This document shows positions 9,572 to 19,040 of a stretch of DNA of 64,000 nucleotides, piece by piece. Source of the stretch: Acidobacteriota bacterium (GTDB lineage: Bacteria; Acidobacteriota; Thermoanaerobaculia; Gp7-AA8). The notes below the pieces were generated by a model. It had not been told where the DNA came from. It worked only from the letters and a program-made list of their open reading frames with translations, and made no database searches. The stretch is taken from contig JAFATB010000006.1 in assembly GCA_019244185.1 (NCBI GenBank), forward strand, positions 320,001-384,000, written 5' to 3'. The position numbers were made by a program, and so were the translations under genes. Within the stretch, counting starts at the first letter, position 1. Each line of letters opens with the position of its first letter.

Positions 9572-11131
9572 ATGACTCGAAAACTGACATTAGTCTTTTT
9601 CATTGTGCTGCTGCTGCCGCTGCACGTCTTCGCGCACGGCAACCTGAAATTCGTCAACGGCCGCTGGTTCGACGGCACGCGCTTCGTCGCGAAGACGATG
9701 TACTCCGTCGACAACGTCTTCCGCGAGCACTACGACGGCGAGCTGCGCGCCACGATCGACCTCGGCGGGCGCTACATCATTCCGCCGCTCGCCGACGCAC
9801 ACAATCACGTCCTCGCCGACGGCGGGCCGCACGTCGACGAACAGCTCCGGCAATACCTGCGCGCGGGCATCTTCTACGTTAAGAATCCGAACAACGTGTT
9901 GAAGCTGACGGAGGCCACTCGCGCGCGGATGAATCAGCCCGAATCCGTCGACGTCCGCTGGGCGAACGGCGGCCTGACCGCGACGGGCGGCCATCCCGCG
10001 CAAATCTACGACCGCATCGCGGACGCGATCGGCTGGAAGCGCGAGGACATGCTCGGGCAGGCGTACTTTTTCGTCGACAGCGAAGCCGATCTCGCGCGCC
10101 TCTGGCCCACGATCCGCGCCGGCAAGCCGGACTTCATCAAGACGTACCTCGAGCATTCCGAGGAGTTCGCGAAGCGGAAAGACGACCCGCGGTACTACGG
10201 GCAGCGTGGCCTGGATCCGCGCGTGCTCGCCGCGATCGTGAAGCGCGCGCACGCGGACGGTCTGCGCGTGACGACGCACCTCACCACGACGGCGGACTTT
10301 CACAACGCGATCGCCGCCGGCGTCGACGAGATCGCGCACCTGCCGCTCGCGCCGATCGATCCCGCCGACGCGGCGCTCGCCGCGAAGCAGCACGTCACGG
10401 TCGTCACGACCGTGCTCAGTCATCGGCCGACCACCGGCATCGGCGATCCGATGGCGCTGCACCGCGCGAATCTCGCGCTGCTGAAACGCGCCGGCGTGAC
10501 GATCGTCCTCGGCACCGACAACGGCGAGAAGACCGTCGTCGACGAAGCGGAAGCGGTCGCGCGCCTCGGCGTCTTCACCAACCTCGAGTTGCTGCGGATG
10601 TGGACGAACGCGACGCCGCACGCGATCTTTCCGGAGCGCACGATCGGGACGCTCGCGGACGGCGCGGAGGCGAGCTTCCTCGCGCTCGATGAGGATCCGC
10701 TCGCGAATGTCAGCGCCGTGCGCAAGATCGCGATCCGCGTGAAGCAGGGACACGTCATCGACGTGCCGCCGGAGAAGCCCGGCGTCGCGGACGTGCTGCT
10801 GCCGCTCGCGCGGTCGCGCGGCGCGTCCACTGCCATCGACGAGTACTGGCGTCTCGTGCGCGACGAGCCCGCGCACTACGACTACGGCGAGGCGCAGCTC
10901 AATCGCCTCGGCTATCAGTTGATCAACGACCATCTCGACGCGGCGCTGGCGATCTTCGCGTTCAACGCCGAGCAGTTCCCAACGTCGGCGAACGTTTGGG
11001 ACAGTCTGGCCGAGGCGCAGATGAAGGCGGGGAAACGCGACGAGGCGATCGCGAACTATCGCAAGTCGCTCGCGCTCAATCCGCACAACGCGAACGCGGC
11101 GGCGATGCTGAAGAAGCTCGGCGAGCCGTGA
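9572..11131 (+). CDS. Secreted amidohydrolase-family protein with C-terminal TPR
   Basis: SD GAGGA, signal peptide MTRKLTLVFFIVLLLPLHVFA; IDLGGRYIIPPLADAHNH, TTHL, EIAHL, LGTD; TPR NRLGYQL...SANVWDSLAEA...YRKSLALNP. Confidence 0.88.
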   Translation: MTRKLTLVFFIVLLLPLHVFAHGNLKFVNGRWFDGTRFVAKTMYSVDNVFREHYDGELRATIDLGGRYIIPPLADAHNHVLADGGPHVDEQLRQYLRAGIFYVKNPNNVLKLTEATRARMNQPESVDVRWANGGLTATGGHPAQIYDRIADAIGWKREDMLGQAYFFVDSEADLARLWPTIRAGKPDFIKTYLEHSEEFAKRKDDPRYYGQRGLDPRVLAAIVKRAHADGLRVTTHLTTTADFHNAIAAGVDEIAHLPLAPIDPADAALAAKQHVTVVTTVLSHRPTTGIGDPMALHRANLALLKRAGVTIVLGTDNGEKTVVDEAEAVARLGVFTNLELLRMWTNATPHAIFPERTIGTLADGAEASFLALDEDPLANVSAVRKIAIRVKQGHVIDVPPEKPGVADVLLPLARSRGASTAIDEYWRLVRDEPAHYDYGEAQLNRLGYQLINDHLDAALAIFAFNAEQFPTSANVWDSLAEAQMKAGKRDEAIANYRKSLALNPHNANAAAMLKKLGEP

Positions 11132-11149
11132 GGACGCACTGAACGCGCG

Positions 11150-11827
11150 TCACCAGAAGAAACGCGAGCGCGTCACCGTCCAGGCGATGCGCAGCGTGTC
11201 TTTGAGCGGCCGGTAGTGGCTCGTGGAGATGCCGTCGACGAAGCCGAGCTCGATCGGAATCGTGACGATCTTCAGGCCGCTGCGGCCCGCGCGGACGATC
11301 ACTTCGCTTTCCATGTCGAAGCCGTCGGTGCGCAGCGTGAGGCGGCGGAGCAGACTTGCGGAGTAGAGGCGGAAGCCGCTCTGCGAGTCGGAGATCGGCG
11401 TGCCGGACGTCTTCGCGATGCACCACGCGGAGAAGCGGTTCGCGGCGCGGCGGCGCGGGAGCATGTGCGCGAAGAGGTGCGCGCGTCCGCCGATGATGAG
11501 ATCGGCGCCGGTCTCGGCGCGCGCGGCGAGGAACTTCGGAATCTCGCCCGGCAGATGCTGCCCGTCCGCGTCGAGCGTGATCGCGGCGTCGAAGCTGTTC
11601 GCGAGCGCCCACGCAAACCCGGTCTTGAGCGCGCCGCCTTTGCCTCGATTCACCTCGTGACGCAGAACCTGCGCGCCGGCCGCGCGCGCGACGTCGCCGG
11701 TTCTGTCGCGCGAGCCGTCGTCGATGACGACCACCGGTTCGAGGCGGCGGCGCGCGTCGGCGACGATCGGCGGCAGCGTGCGTTCGGCGTTGAGCGCCGG
11801 AATGAGCACGCAGACGCGCTCGGTCAC
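11150..11827 (-). CDS. Family 2 glycosyltransferase (DPM synthase-like)
   Basis: VLIPALNAE, IDDGSRD, NRGKGGAL, TLDADGQH, DSQSGFRLY. Confidence 0.93.
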   Translation of the reverse strand: MTERVCVLIPALNAERTLPPIVADARRRLEPVVVIDDGSRDRTGDVARAAGAQVLRHEVNRGKGGALKTGFAWALANSFDAAITLDADGQHLPGEIPKFLAARAETGADLIIGGRAHLFAHMLPRRRAANRFSAWCIAKTSGTPISDSQSGFRLYSASLLRRLTLRTDGFDMESEVIVRAGRSGLKIVTIPIELGFVDGISTSHYRPLKDTLRIAWTVTRSRFFW

Positions 11828-13014
11828 GCCGCCTCCCGCGAGACCACGGCGCAGACGATGCCGCCGCCGGCGCTGATCGCGTTGACGAGCACGTGGCGCA
11901 GCTCCGCCCCGCGCACACTGCGATTCACGGCGAGGTCGCTCTCATCCGATCCGACGGACGCGTGCAGCCGTTGCTCGTCGATGGCGACGATCGCGCTCGC
12001 GAGTTGCAGCGCGCCACCCGCGGCGTATTCGCCGAAGATCCCTTTCGTCGCGACGACCGCCGGCATGCGCGCGCCGAACAGCAGTTCGATTGCGCGCGCC
12101 TCGACGTCATCGCCGCGGCGCGAGCCGTTCGCCGACGCGTAGACCGCGTCGATGTCGTCGGGCGTCAGCTCCGCGTCGTCGATCGCGGCGCGCATCGCGG
12201 CGGCGACGCTCGACGGATCGGAGCCCCAATCGGAGATCGACGCCGTGGTGTCGCGAGCGACGCCGAAGCCGGAGAGCCACGCGTACGGCTTGCGCGTGCC
12301 GCCGTTGCCCGCGACGAGCACGCAGCCGCCTTCGCCGAGAACGAGACCGTTGCGGCGGCGGTCGAAGGGACGCGCGGCTTCGTCCAGCACCGCGCCGTTC
12401 GCGTGCGCGAGGGCGCCGAGTCGATCGAGCACGCTGAAGAGCATCTCGTTCGCCTCCTCGACGCCGCCGATGAGCGCCGCGTCGACGGTGCCCTTCAGCA
12501 GTTGCGACGACGCGTACATCGCGGCAGCGAGGACGGACGACTCGCGCTGCGTCGTCGTCAGATTGAAGCCGCGCAGGTTCCATTCGATCGCGATGTGGCT
12601 GCCGGGCGCGTTCGCCACCGACTCGGCGAAGAGTTGCGGCGGCGCGAGCGCGGCGCCTTTCTCGACGTAATCCTGCATGTACTCGACAGACGTCTGCACC
12701 GGACCGAACGCGGTGCCGATGGCGACGCCGGTGTTCTGGCCGGGCGCCGCGCCGGCGTCGTCGATGGCGAGCTTCGCGGCCGCGAGGCCGAGGCGCGAGA
12801 GCGCGTTCATGCGCCGCATTTTCATCGGTGCGATGAAGTCGCGCGGACTGAAGCCATTCACGAGCGCCGCCTTGTGCGCGGAAAGGCCGGTGGTGTCGAA
12901 GCGTTCGACGTCGGCGACGGCGCTCCGCCCTTCGGCGAGCAGCCGGCGGAATGCGTCGAGGCCGATCGCGCCGGGCGCGATGACGCCGATTCCGGTGACG
13001 GGGATGCGCACCAT
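11824..13014 (-). CDS. Beta-ketoacyl synthase-like chain-length factor (catalytically inactive KS partner)
   Basis: KS fold, but the Cys motif reads TTTQRESS and the His motifs read YASANGS and KGIFGEY; FAESVANAP motif. Confidence 0.85.
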   Translation of the reverse strand: MVRIPVTGIGVIAPGAIGLDAFRRLLAEGRSAVADVERFDTTGLSAHKAALVNGFSPRDFIAPMKMRRMNALSRLGLAAAKLAIDDAGAAPGQNTGVAIGTAFGPVQTSVEYMQDYVEKGAALAPPQLFAESVANAPGSHIAIEWNLRGFNLTTTQRESSVLAAAMYASSQLLKGTVDAALIGGVEEANEMLFSVLDRLGALAHANGAVLDEAARPFDRRRNGLVLGEGGCVLVAGNGGTRKPYAWLSGFGVARDTTASISDWGSDPSSVAAAMRAAIDDAELTPDDIDAVYASANGSRRGDDVEARAIELLFGARMPAVVATKGIFGEYAAGGALQLASAIVAIDEQRLHASVGSDESDLAVNRSVRGAELRHVLVNAISAGGGIVCAVVSREAA

Positions 13015-13027
13015 GCGAAGGCGCCGG

Positions 13028-14257
13028 TTATAGCACGCGGCGGAACAGCAGCGACACGTTGCTGCCGCCGAAGCCGAACGTGTTCGAGAGCACGTTCGCC
13101 ATCGCCAGCGGCCGCGGCGCGTGCGGGATGTAATCGAGCGGACAATCGTCCGCGCGCGCCTGCAGACGCAGCGTCGGCGGCGCGATCTGGTTGCGCAGCG
13201 CGAGCACGCTCACGACCGCTTCCACCGCGCCCGACGCGCCGAGCGTGTGGCCGAAATACGACTTGCTCGACGACACCGGCACGTCCATGCCGAGCGCCGC
13301 GATGATCGCCTTCGTTTCCGCGGAGTCATTGAGCAGCGTGCCGGTGCCGTGCGCGTTGACGTAGTCGACGTCGGCGGTGTCGAGCCGACCTTCCGCGAGC
13401 GCCGCGCGCATCGCCGCCTCCGCGCCGCGACCGTCTTCCGCCGGCGCGGTCTGATGATGCGCGTCGCACGACGCGCCGTAGCCGGAGAGCTCGGCGAGAA
13501 TCGTCGCGCCGCGCGCGACCGCGTCGTCCCAACGTTCGAGCACGAGATAGCCCGCGCCTTCGCCGAGGGTGATGCCTTTGCGATCCGCGCCGAACGGCGA
13601 ACAGGGCGCGGGATCGACCGCCTGCAGCACGTTGAAGCCGCTGTACGTGAGGCGACAGAGCGCGTCGCTTCCGCCCGCGACCGCGACGTCCGCGTGACGA
13701 GAGCGCAGGTAGTCGGCAGCCATGCCGATCGCCGCACCCGCCGACGCGCATGCCGTTGCGTTCGAAACGACGCCACCGCCGAGACTGAAGGCGCGCGCGA
13801 CCGCATCGGACGGACCCGACGTCGGCTGCTGCAACACGTGCGACGCGGCCGCGCGCCTACGACCACGCGATCTACGATGGAAATAGTAGTTCTCGCCTTC
13901 GAGCAGACCGCCGGTCGATGTACCGGTCGAGACGATGGCGCGCTCGCGCGGCAGCGGCGTCGTCGCATTCGCGTCGGCGTCGTCGAGCGCTTCCTTCGCC
14001 GCGATCACGGCGAGGAGATCGGTGCGCGAGAGCCGCCGCAACGCGCGTTTCCCATCCGGCAGCAATGACGCGAGATCGCTCTCGACTTCTGCCGCGAGCT
14101 CGGTCGGAAACGTTTCGCCGGGAAAGCGCGTGAGCCGGTCGATGCCCGCGCGCGCGTCGACGATCGCCTGCCAAACCTCGGCTTTGTTGCGGCCGATGGA
14201 GCAGATGATGCCGGCGCCGGTGACGGCGATGCGCTGCTGCGGGTCAGGTGGTCTCAC
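13028..14257 (-). CDS. Beta-ketoacyl-ACP synthase (FabF-like, active KS)
   Basis: Intact triad: ATACASA, YVNAHGTGT, KSYFGHTLGASG; SNTFGFGGSN end. Confidence 0.93.
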   Translation of the reverse strand: MRPPDPQQRIAVTGAGIICSIGRNKAEVWQAIVDARAGIDRLTRFPGETFPTELAAEVESDLASLLPDGKRALRRLSRTDLLAVIAAKEALDDADANATTPLPRERAIVSTGTSTGGLLEGENYYFHRRSRGRRRAAASHVLQQPTSGPSDAVARAFSLGGGVVSNATACASAGAAIGMAADYLRSRHADVAVAGGSDALCRLTYSGFNVLQAVDPAPCSPFGADRKGITLGEGAGYLVLERWDDAVARGATILAELSGYGASCDAHHQTAPAEDGRGAEAAMRAALAEGRLDTADVDYVNAHGTGTLLNDSAETKAIIAALGMDVPVSSSKSYFGHTLGASGAVEAVVSVLALRNQIAPPTLRLQARADDCPLDYIPHAPRPLAMANVLSNTFGFGGSNVSLLFRRVL

Positions 14258-14612
14258 GCGACGCGAGATAAAACCGGCCGCGTACGGCTTCTACTCCACC
14301 GATCCGTCCGCTTCCGCTGAATCGGAACGTCCCGCCGAACTCCGCCTCGAGCGTCACCGTGATCTCGACCGCGTCGCCCGGCTCCGGCACGCGCAGCACC
14401 TCGCAGCGGTCGATGCCGGTGAGGAAGCCCTGCTCGCGCAGGACGAGGCCGCCGGCGAACTGCGCCATCGCCTCGACGACCATCACGCCCGGCGGCAGGA
14501 CGTCGTTCGTCGTGCAGATGTACACGCCTTCGGTGGTCTTCTCGTCGCTGCGCCGCACCGCGCTGGCGGCGCGGAACGGAATCTGGTGAGGGAGATTGGC
14601 GAGCCAGGACAA
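14244..14612 (-). CDS. FabA/FabZ-like hotdog dehydratase
   Basis: LPHQIPF, PGVMVVEAMAQ, PEPGD; lies between ACP and KS. Confidence 0.8.
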   Translation of the reverse strand: MSWLANLPHQIPFRAASAVRRSDEKTTEGVYICTTNDVLPPGVMVVEAMAQFAGGLVLREQGFLTGIDRCEVLRVPEPGDAVEITVTLEAEFGGTFRFSGSGRIGGVEAVRGRFYLASRETT

Positions 14613-14618
14613 GGGCGA

Positions 14619-14888
14619 CTACGCCTGCGGCTGCTCCTGCGCGAGCTTCGCGCCGACGAAATCGGCGAGCGTGGCCACCGAGCGGAACGAGTCGCGCGCG
14701 GAGGTCTCGTTTTTCACCTTGATGCCGAACTCGCTCTCGAGCATCACCACGATTTCGAGCGCGTCGATGGAGTCGAGGCCGAGGCCGCCGGCGAAGAGCG
14801 GCTCGTCATCGGCGATGTCGTCGGGGGTCATGTCTTCGAACTTCAGCCGCTCGATGAGCAGCTCTTTGAGTTTGCGTTTGAGATCCAT
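14619..14888 (-). CDS. Acyl carrier protein
   Basis: DDEPLFAGGLGLDSIDALEIVV (phosphopantetheine Ser), acidic, 89 aa. Confidence 0.95.
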   Translation of the reverse strand: MDLKRKLKELLIERLKFEDMTPDDIADDEPLFAGGLGLDSIDALEIVVMLESEFGIKVKNETSARDSFRSVATLADFVGAKLAQEQPQA

Positions 14889-14956
14889 GTCAGGTGCAGT
14901 CTATCGCGGGAATCAACGGCTCGGAGAGCGCATGTTATTCTGCGCAACGGTCCTCT

Positions 14957-16312
14957 ATGTACCTAAGATTTCAATCCCTTGTCGACGCCGATCCGCACGC
15001 GGCGGCGCTGATCGACGGCGAGCGCGGCACGCTCGTCACGCGCGCGGAACTGCTCGACCGCGCCGCCGAGCTCGCCGCGCGCCTCTCCGCCTCCGGCCTT
15101 CGCGAACGCGACGCGCTCGCGGTGAAGCTCCCGAATTCCATCGACCTCGTCGCGGTGATTCTCGCCGCGTTGCGCCTCCGCCTCGTCCTCATCCCGATCG
15201 ACCGCGACGCGAACGAATCCGAAGTCGCCTCGATCCTCGGCCACTTCGCCGTCAAAGGTCTCGCCTATCGCTCTGATCCCGAGACCACGTCGTTCTCGAC
15301 GCGCAGCGTTGCGGAGCGCCCGCTCGTTCCCGACGACGCCGTGCTCGTCAAGCTGACGTCGGGCTCGACCGGCAAGCCGAAGGGCATCGTCACGACGGAA
15401 GCGAACCTCCTCGCCGACTGCACGAACATCTGCGCGACGATGGACATCCGAGCCATGGACGTTAATCTCGGCGCGATCCCGCTGTCGCATTCGTACGGCT
15501 TCTCGAACCTCGTCACGCCGCTCTTCGTGCAGGGCACCGCGCTCGTCATCACGAATGACTACCTGCCGCAGTCGCTGATCGAGCTCGCGAACCGCCACGG
15601 CTGCACGGTCGCGCCGCTCATCCCGATGGTCTTCGAGCATCTCGCGAGCGCCGCGCACGGCGAGTTCACGAGCATCCGGACGTTTCTCTCCGCCGGCGCT
15701 CCGCTGCCGCCGTCGACGTCGCGCCGTTTCCGCGAGCGCTTCGGCGCGGCGATTCATTCGTTCTATGGCTGCAGCGAATGCGGCGGCATCACGTACGACC
15801 GCGCGGGCGGCGCCGTCGAGCGCGGCACCGTCGGCACGCCGCTCGACGGCGTCACGCTCGCGCTCGAGCGCGGACGTCTCACCGTGCGCAGCGCGTCCGT
15901 CGCCGCGGGGTATCTCTTCGATGCGGCGACGTTCACGCCGTTCCCGAACGGCGCGTTCACGACGGACGATCTCGTCGAGCTGCGCGCGGACGGCGAGGTC
16001 GCGCTGACCGGACGCGCGAGCGATCTGATCAACACCGCCGGCAAGAAGGTGAACCCGCGCGAAGTCGAGGCGGTGATCCTGCAGCTCGACGGCGTGCGCG
16101 AGGCGAAGGTCTACGGCGAGGCGGCCGGAGCGCGCGGCGAAGTCGTGGCCGCGGCGGTCGTGGCGACGCCGAACGTGACGCGCGAGCTCGTACGCGAGTT
16201 CTGCCGCGCGCGGCTCTCCGCGCACAAGGTCCCGCGCATCGTGAAGCTCATCGAGGAGCTGCCGGTGGATGAGCGGGGGAAGGTTCGGCGCGCGGCTCTG
16301 GCGACGCTATAG
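14957..16312 (+). CDS. AMP-dependent acyl-CoA/acyl-ACP ligase
   Basis: LTSGSTGKPKG, PLSHSYG, FYGCSECG, FTTDDL, GRASDLINTAGKKVNP. Confidence 0.92.
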   Translation: MYLRFQSLVDADPHAAALIDGERGTLVTRAELLDRAAELAARLSASGLRERDALAVKLPNSIDLVAVILAALRLRLVLIPIDRDANESEVASILGHFAVKGLAYRSDPETTSFSTRSVAERPLVPDDAVLVKLTSGSTGKPKGIVTTEANLLADCTNICATMDIRAMDVNLGAIPLSHSYGFSNLVTPLFVQGTALVITNDYLPQSLIELANRHGCTVAPLIPMVFEHLASAAHGEFTSIRTFLSAGAPLPPSTSRRFRERFGAAIHSFYGCSECGGITYDRAGGAVERGTVGTPLDGVTLALERGRLTVRSASVAAGYLFDAATFTPFPNGAFTTDDLVELRADGEVALTGRASDLINTAGKKVNPREVEAVILQLDGVREAKVYGEAAGARGEVVAAAVVATPNVTRELVREFCRARLSAHKVPRIVKLIEELPVDERGKVRRAALATL

Positions 16313-17813
16313 CGCGGCGCCGCATCCGCCGCACCTTCCACTGCAACCGCAGCGCATCGAGCTCGGCGCGCATCCAGAACATCCAGCCGCGAACGGCCAT
16401 GCGGATCGGCGCGAAGCCGAGGTTGTAGTACGCGGTGATGCGGCGTCCGTCGTTGCGCGCGCCTTCTTCGCCGGCGGCGCGGCGCAGTTCTGCGATCGCT
16501 TTGAAGCGCCGGTTGTAGAGCTGCATGAAGTGATAGCTGATGAACGCCGGCTTCGGCCCGAGCACCGGCATCCAGTCGAAGCGGCGCAGGATGCGATACG
16601 CGTGGATCACCACGAAGATGTAGTACTGCGCGGTATCGATGAGGAACGACGCCGAGAGCAGATCGGCCTCGCCCATGTAGTAGTACTTGTCCTTGTAGGC
16701 GGCGCGGAAGAAGCGTTCGTACGAGCGTGCGAACGTCGCGTTGTGCTCGGCGATGCGCGCGGTGACGTCCTCGCCCATCTGCTGCTGCTTGATGATGCCG
16801 ACCGTGGCGTCGACGGTGAACGCCGCGTGATCGAGTCCCGGCGAGTAGTACGGATCGAGGAATGCCGCGGCATCGCCGAGGAGCGACCAGCCGCGTCCCA
16901 TGTACTGCTTCGAGACGTACGGCAGGTGCGAGTAGAAGCGCAGATCTTCGAGCCGCGGCTCGGCGCCGTCGAGGATCTCGGAGAGCGACGGAATGGCTTT
17001 CAGAAACGCGACGAAGTCTTCCGCGCGGTTCTTGCTGTGATGGAGATCGACGAGGCGTTTGTCGAAGACGACGCCGATGCTCGTCTCGCTGTTGCCGAGC
17101 GGAATGACCCAGATCCAGAAGCCGTAGCCGGTGTAGTGATTCGTCGCGAGGCGGCGCGAGCCGACGTTGTTCGGTGCGATGCCGAGGCGCACGGCGAGAT
17201 CGTCGATGTGCCGGACGTTCTTCCAGCGGCACCAGATGGCGGCAGTGGGATGCTCGTCGTTGCGCGTGACGAGATCGAGCTTGCGTCCGATGAAGTTCGC
17301 GCGGCCGGTCGCGTCGAGGATCCACTTGCACGTGATCGTGCGCATCGCGCCGCCGGCGCCGAGCGTCAGCGTGTGCGAGAACTCGCCGAGCGCGACGTCG
17401 AGCGCGCGCGCGGGACGCCACAGATCCGCGCCTTCCGCGACGGCGGTGGCGAGCAGATGCTCGTCGAGCGCATCGCGGCGCAGCTGAAAGGCGGGGACCG
17501 TGCTGCGGATGTAGCCGCCGGCTTCGGTCGCATTCGCGTGGCCGGTGACTTTCGCGTTCGAGAACCAGTAGCGCAGCCCTTCCTTCGGCAGCTGTTCGCG
17601 TTCAAGGTGGTGCCACATCGCGAGGCGGCGCGTGAGGAACATCGCCGACATCTCCGTCGTGGCCTCGCCGACCTTCTCGTCGAACGCTTCCGCTTTCTCG
17701 ACGATGAGCACGCGCAATGCGGGGAGCTCGCGGCGCAGCAGAATGGCGGCGGCAGCGCCGCTGAAGGCGCCGCCGAGCACGACGACGTCGTACGAGCCGG
17801 GCGAGTCGGGCAT
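16248..17813 (-). CDS. Flavin-dependent halogenase (tryptophan/phenolic halogenase family)
   Basis: YDVVVLGGAFSG FAD motif, KVGEAT, PKEGLRYWF, QLRRDALDEHL, LDATGR, halogenase signature WIWVIP (WxWxIP), LLGDAAAFLDPYYSPG. Start could alternatively be 17834. Confidence 0.82.
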   Translation of the reverse strand: MPDSPGSYDVVVLGGAFSGAAAAILLRRELPALRVLIVEKAEAFDEKVGEATTEMSAMFLTRRLAMWHHLEREQLPKEGLRYWFSNAKVTGHANATEAGGYIRSTVPAFQLRRDALDEHLLATAVAEGADLWRPARALDVALGEFSHTLTLGAGGAMRTITCKWILDATGRANFIGRKLDLVTRNDEHPTAAIWCRWKNVRHIDDLAVRLGIAPNNVGSRRLATNHYTGYGFWIWVIPLGNSETSIGVVFDKRLVDLHHSKNRAEDFVAFLKAIPSLSEILDGAEPRLEDLRFYSHLPYVSKQYMGRGWSLLGDAAAFLDPYYSPGLDHAAFTVDATVGIIKQQQMGEDVTARIAEHNATFARSYERFFRAAYKDKYYYMGEADLLSASFLIDTAQYYIFVVIHAYRILRRFDWMPVLGPKPAFISYHFMQLYNRRFKAIAELRRAAGEEGARNDGRRITAYYNLGFAPIRMAVRGWMFWMRAELDALRLQWKVRRMRRRAIASPEPRAEPSPAHPPAAPR

Positions 17814-17832
17814 GCTAGGATTCGCGTCCCTC

Positions 17833-18456
17833 ATGGAGTCGATTCGGCATCTGCTGCATTACCTCAGCGACGTGCGCGGCCTCGTGCAGACGGGCGGCTA
17901 CATCGCGCTGGCCATTATCGTCTTCATCGAGACGGGACTCATGGTCGGATTTTTTCTGCCGGGCGATTCGCTGCTCGTGACCGCGGGCCTCTTCGCCGCG
18001 AAAGGCGACCTCAACATCGTTCTTCTCAATCTGCTGCTGATGGTCTGCGCGATCGCCGGCGATGCGACCGGCTACTTCATCGGCCGCCGCCTCGGGCCCG
18101 CGCTCTTCCGCCGCGAGGACTCGCTGCTCTTCAAGAAAAAGCACCTCATCGCCGCGCATGACTTTTACGAGCGCCACGGCGGCAAGACCATCATCATCGC
18201 GCGCTTCGTGCCGGTGATCCGCACGTTCGCGCCGGTCGTGGCCGGCATCGGCAACATGGGCTACCGCCGCTTCGCCGCGTTCAACGTCATCGGCGGCACG
18301 GCGTGGGTGTTCTCGATGACGATGATCGGCTACCTGCTCGTGACGATCTTCCCGGCGACGGAGAAGCACATCGAGACGGTGATCATCGTCGTGATCGCGC
18401 TGTCGCTGCTGCCGGGCGTGATCGAGTGGCTGCGCGCGCGGCGTTCCGCGGCGTAA
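17833..18456 (+). CDS. DedA (VTT-domain) family membrane protein
   Basis: IETGLMVGFFLPGDSLLVTAG, GDATGYFIGR, IARFVPVIRTFAP. Confidence 0.95.
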   Translation: MESIRHLLHYLSDVRGLVQTGGYIALAIIVFIETGLMVGFFLPGDSLLVTAGLFAAKGDLNIVLLNLLLMVCAIAGDATGYFIGRRLGPALFRREDSLLFKKKHLIAAHDFYERHGGKTIIIARFVPVIRTFAPVVAGIGNMGYRRFAAFNVIGGTAWVFSMTMIGYLLVTIFPATEKHIETVIIVVIALSLLPGVIEWLRARRSAA

Positions 18457-18462
18457 TTCAGC

Positions 18463-19038
18463 TCACGCGGCCGCATGCGCGGCGTTGCCGCGAAGCGCGG
18501 CGACCGCCTGCTCCGCCTGCCACAGATGCCGGCGCTCGTGCGCGGCGATGATGCGGAACGCGGAGTAGACGTTGTAGCGCACGCGCTTGTCGAACGGCGA
18601 GACGACTTTGATGCGCTGCAGGTCGTACGCGCGCGCGTCGTGCAGAAGGTCGATGAGCTGTTCCTGCAGCCGCGCGAACTCGTTGAGCGCTTCCGCTTTC
18701 GCGCGCACGGAACGCGGCACGAACGGCGCCGTGGTCTTCGAGCGGATGCGGGTCGGCGGCTCGAGGAACCAGCGCAGCACGCGTCCGAGGACGTCCATCT
18801 TCGGCGCGCGGGCGGCGGTGAGACCGCGCTGCTTCGCCTCGTCGATCGCCTTGCGCAGCACGGGGAGAAACATCTGCGTTGACAGGCTGAGGTGCGAGAG
18901 GCATTCGGCGGCGGACCAGCTGCCGGGATTCGGGCGCACGGTGAAGAGACGGCCGCTCGTTGAGGTGACGAGTGTCGCCGCGCGCGAGGTGGCCTCGTGC
19001 AGTTCCCGTTCGACGTCGTCCAGTACTTCCACCGCCAC
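18463..19038 (-). CDS. DinB family protein
   Basis: RPNPGSWSAAECLSHL and IIAAHERRHLWQA; GTG start just after the proC stop. Confidence 0.85.
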   Translation of the reverse strand: MAVEVLDDVERELHEATSRAATLVTSTSGRLFTVRPNPGSWSAAECLSHLSLSTQMFLPVLRKAIDEAKQRGLTAARAPKMDVLGRVLRWFLEPPTRIRSKTTAPFVPRSVRAKAEALNEFARLQEQLIDLLHDARAYDLQRIKVVSPFDKRVRYNVYSAFRIIAAHERRHLWQAEQAVAALRGNAAHAAA

Positions 19039-19040
19039 TG

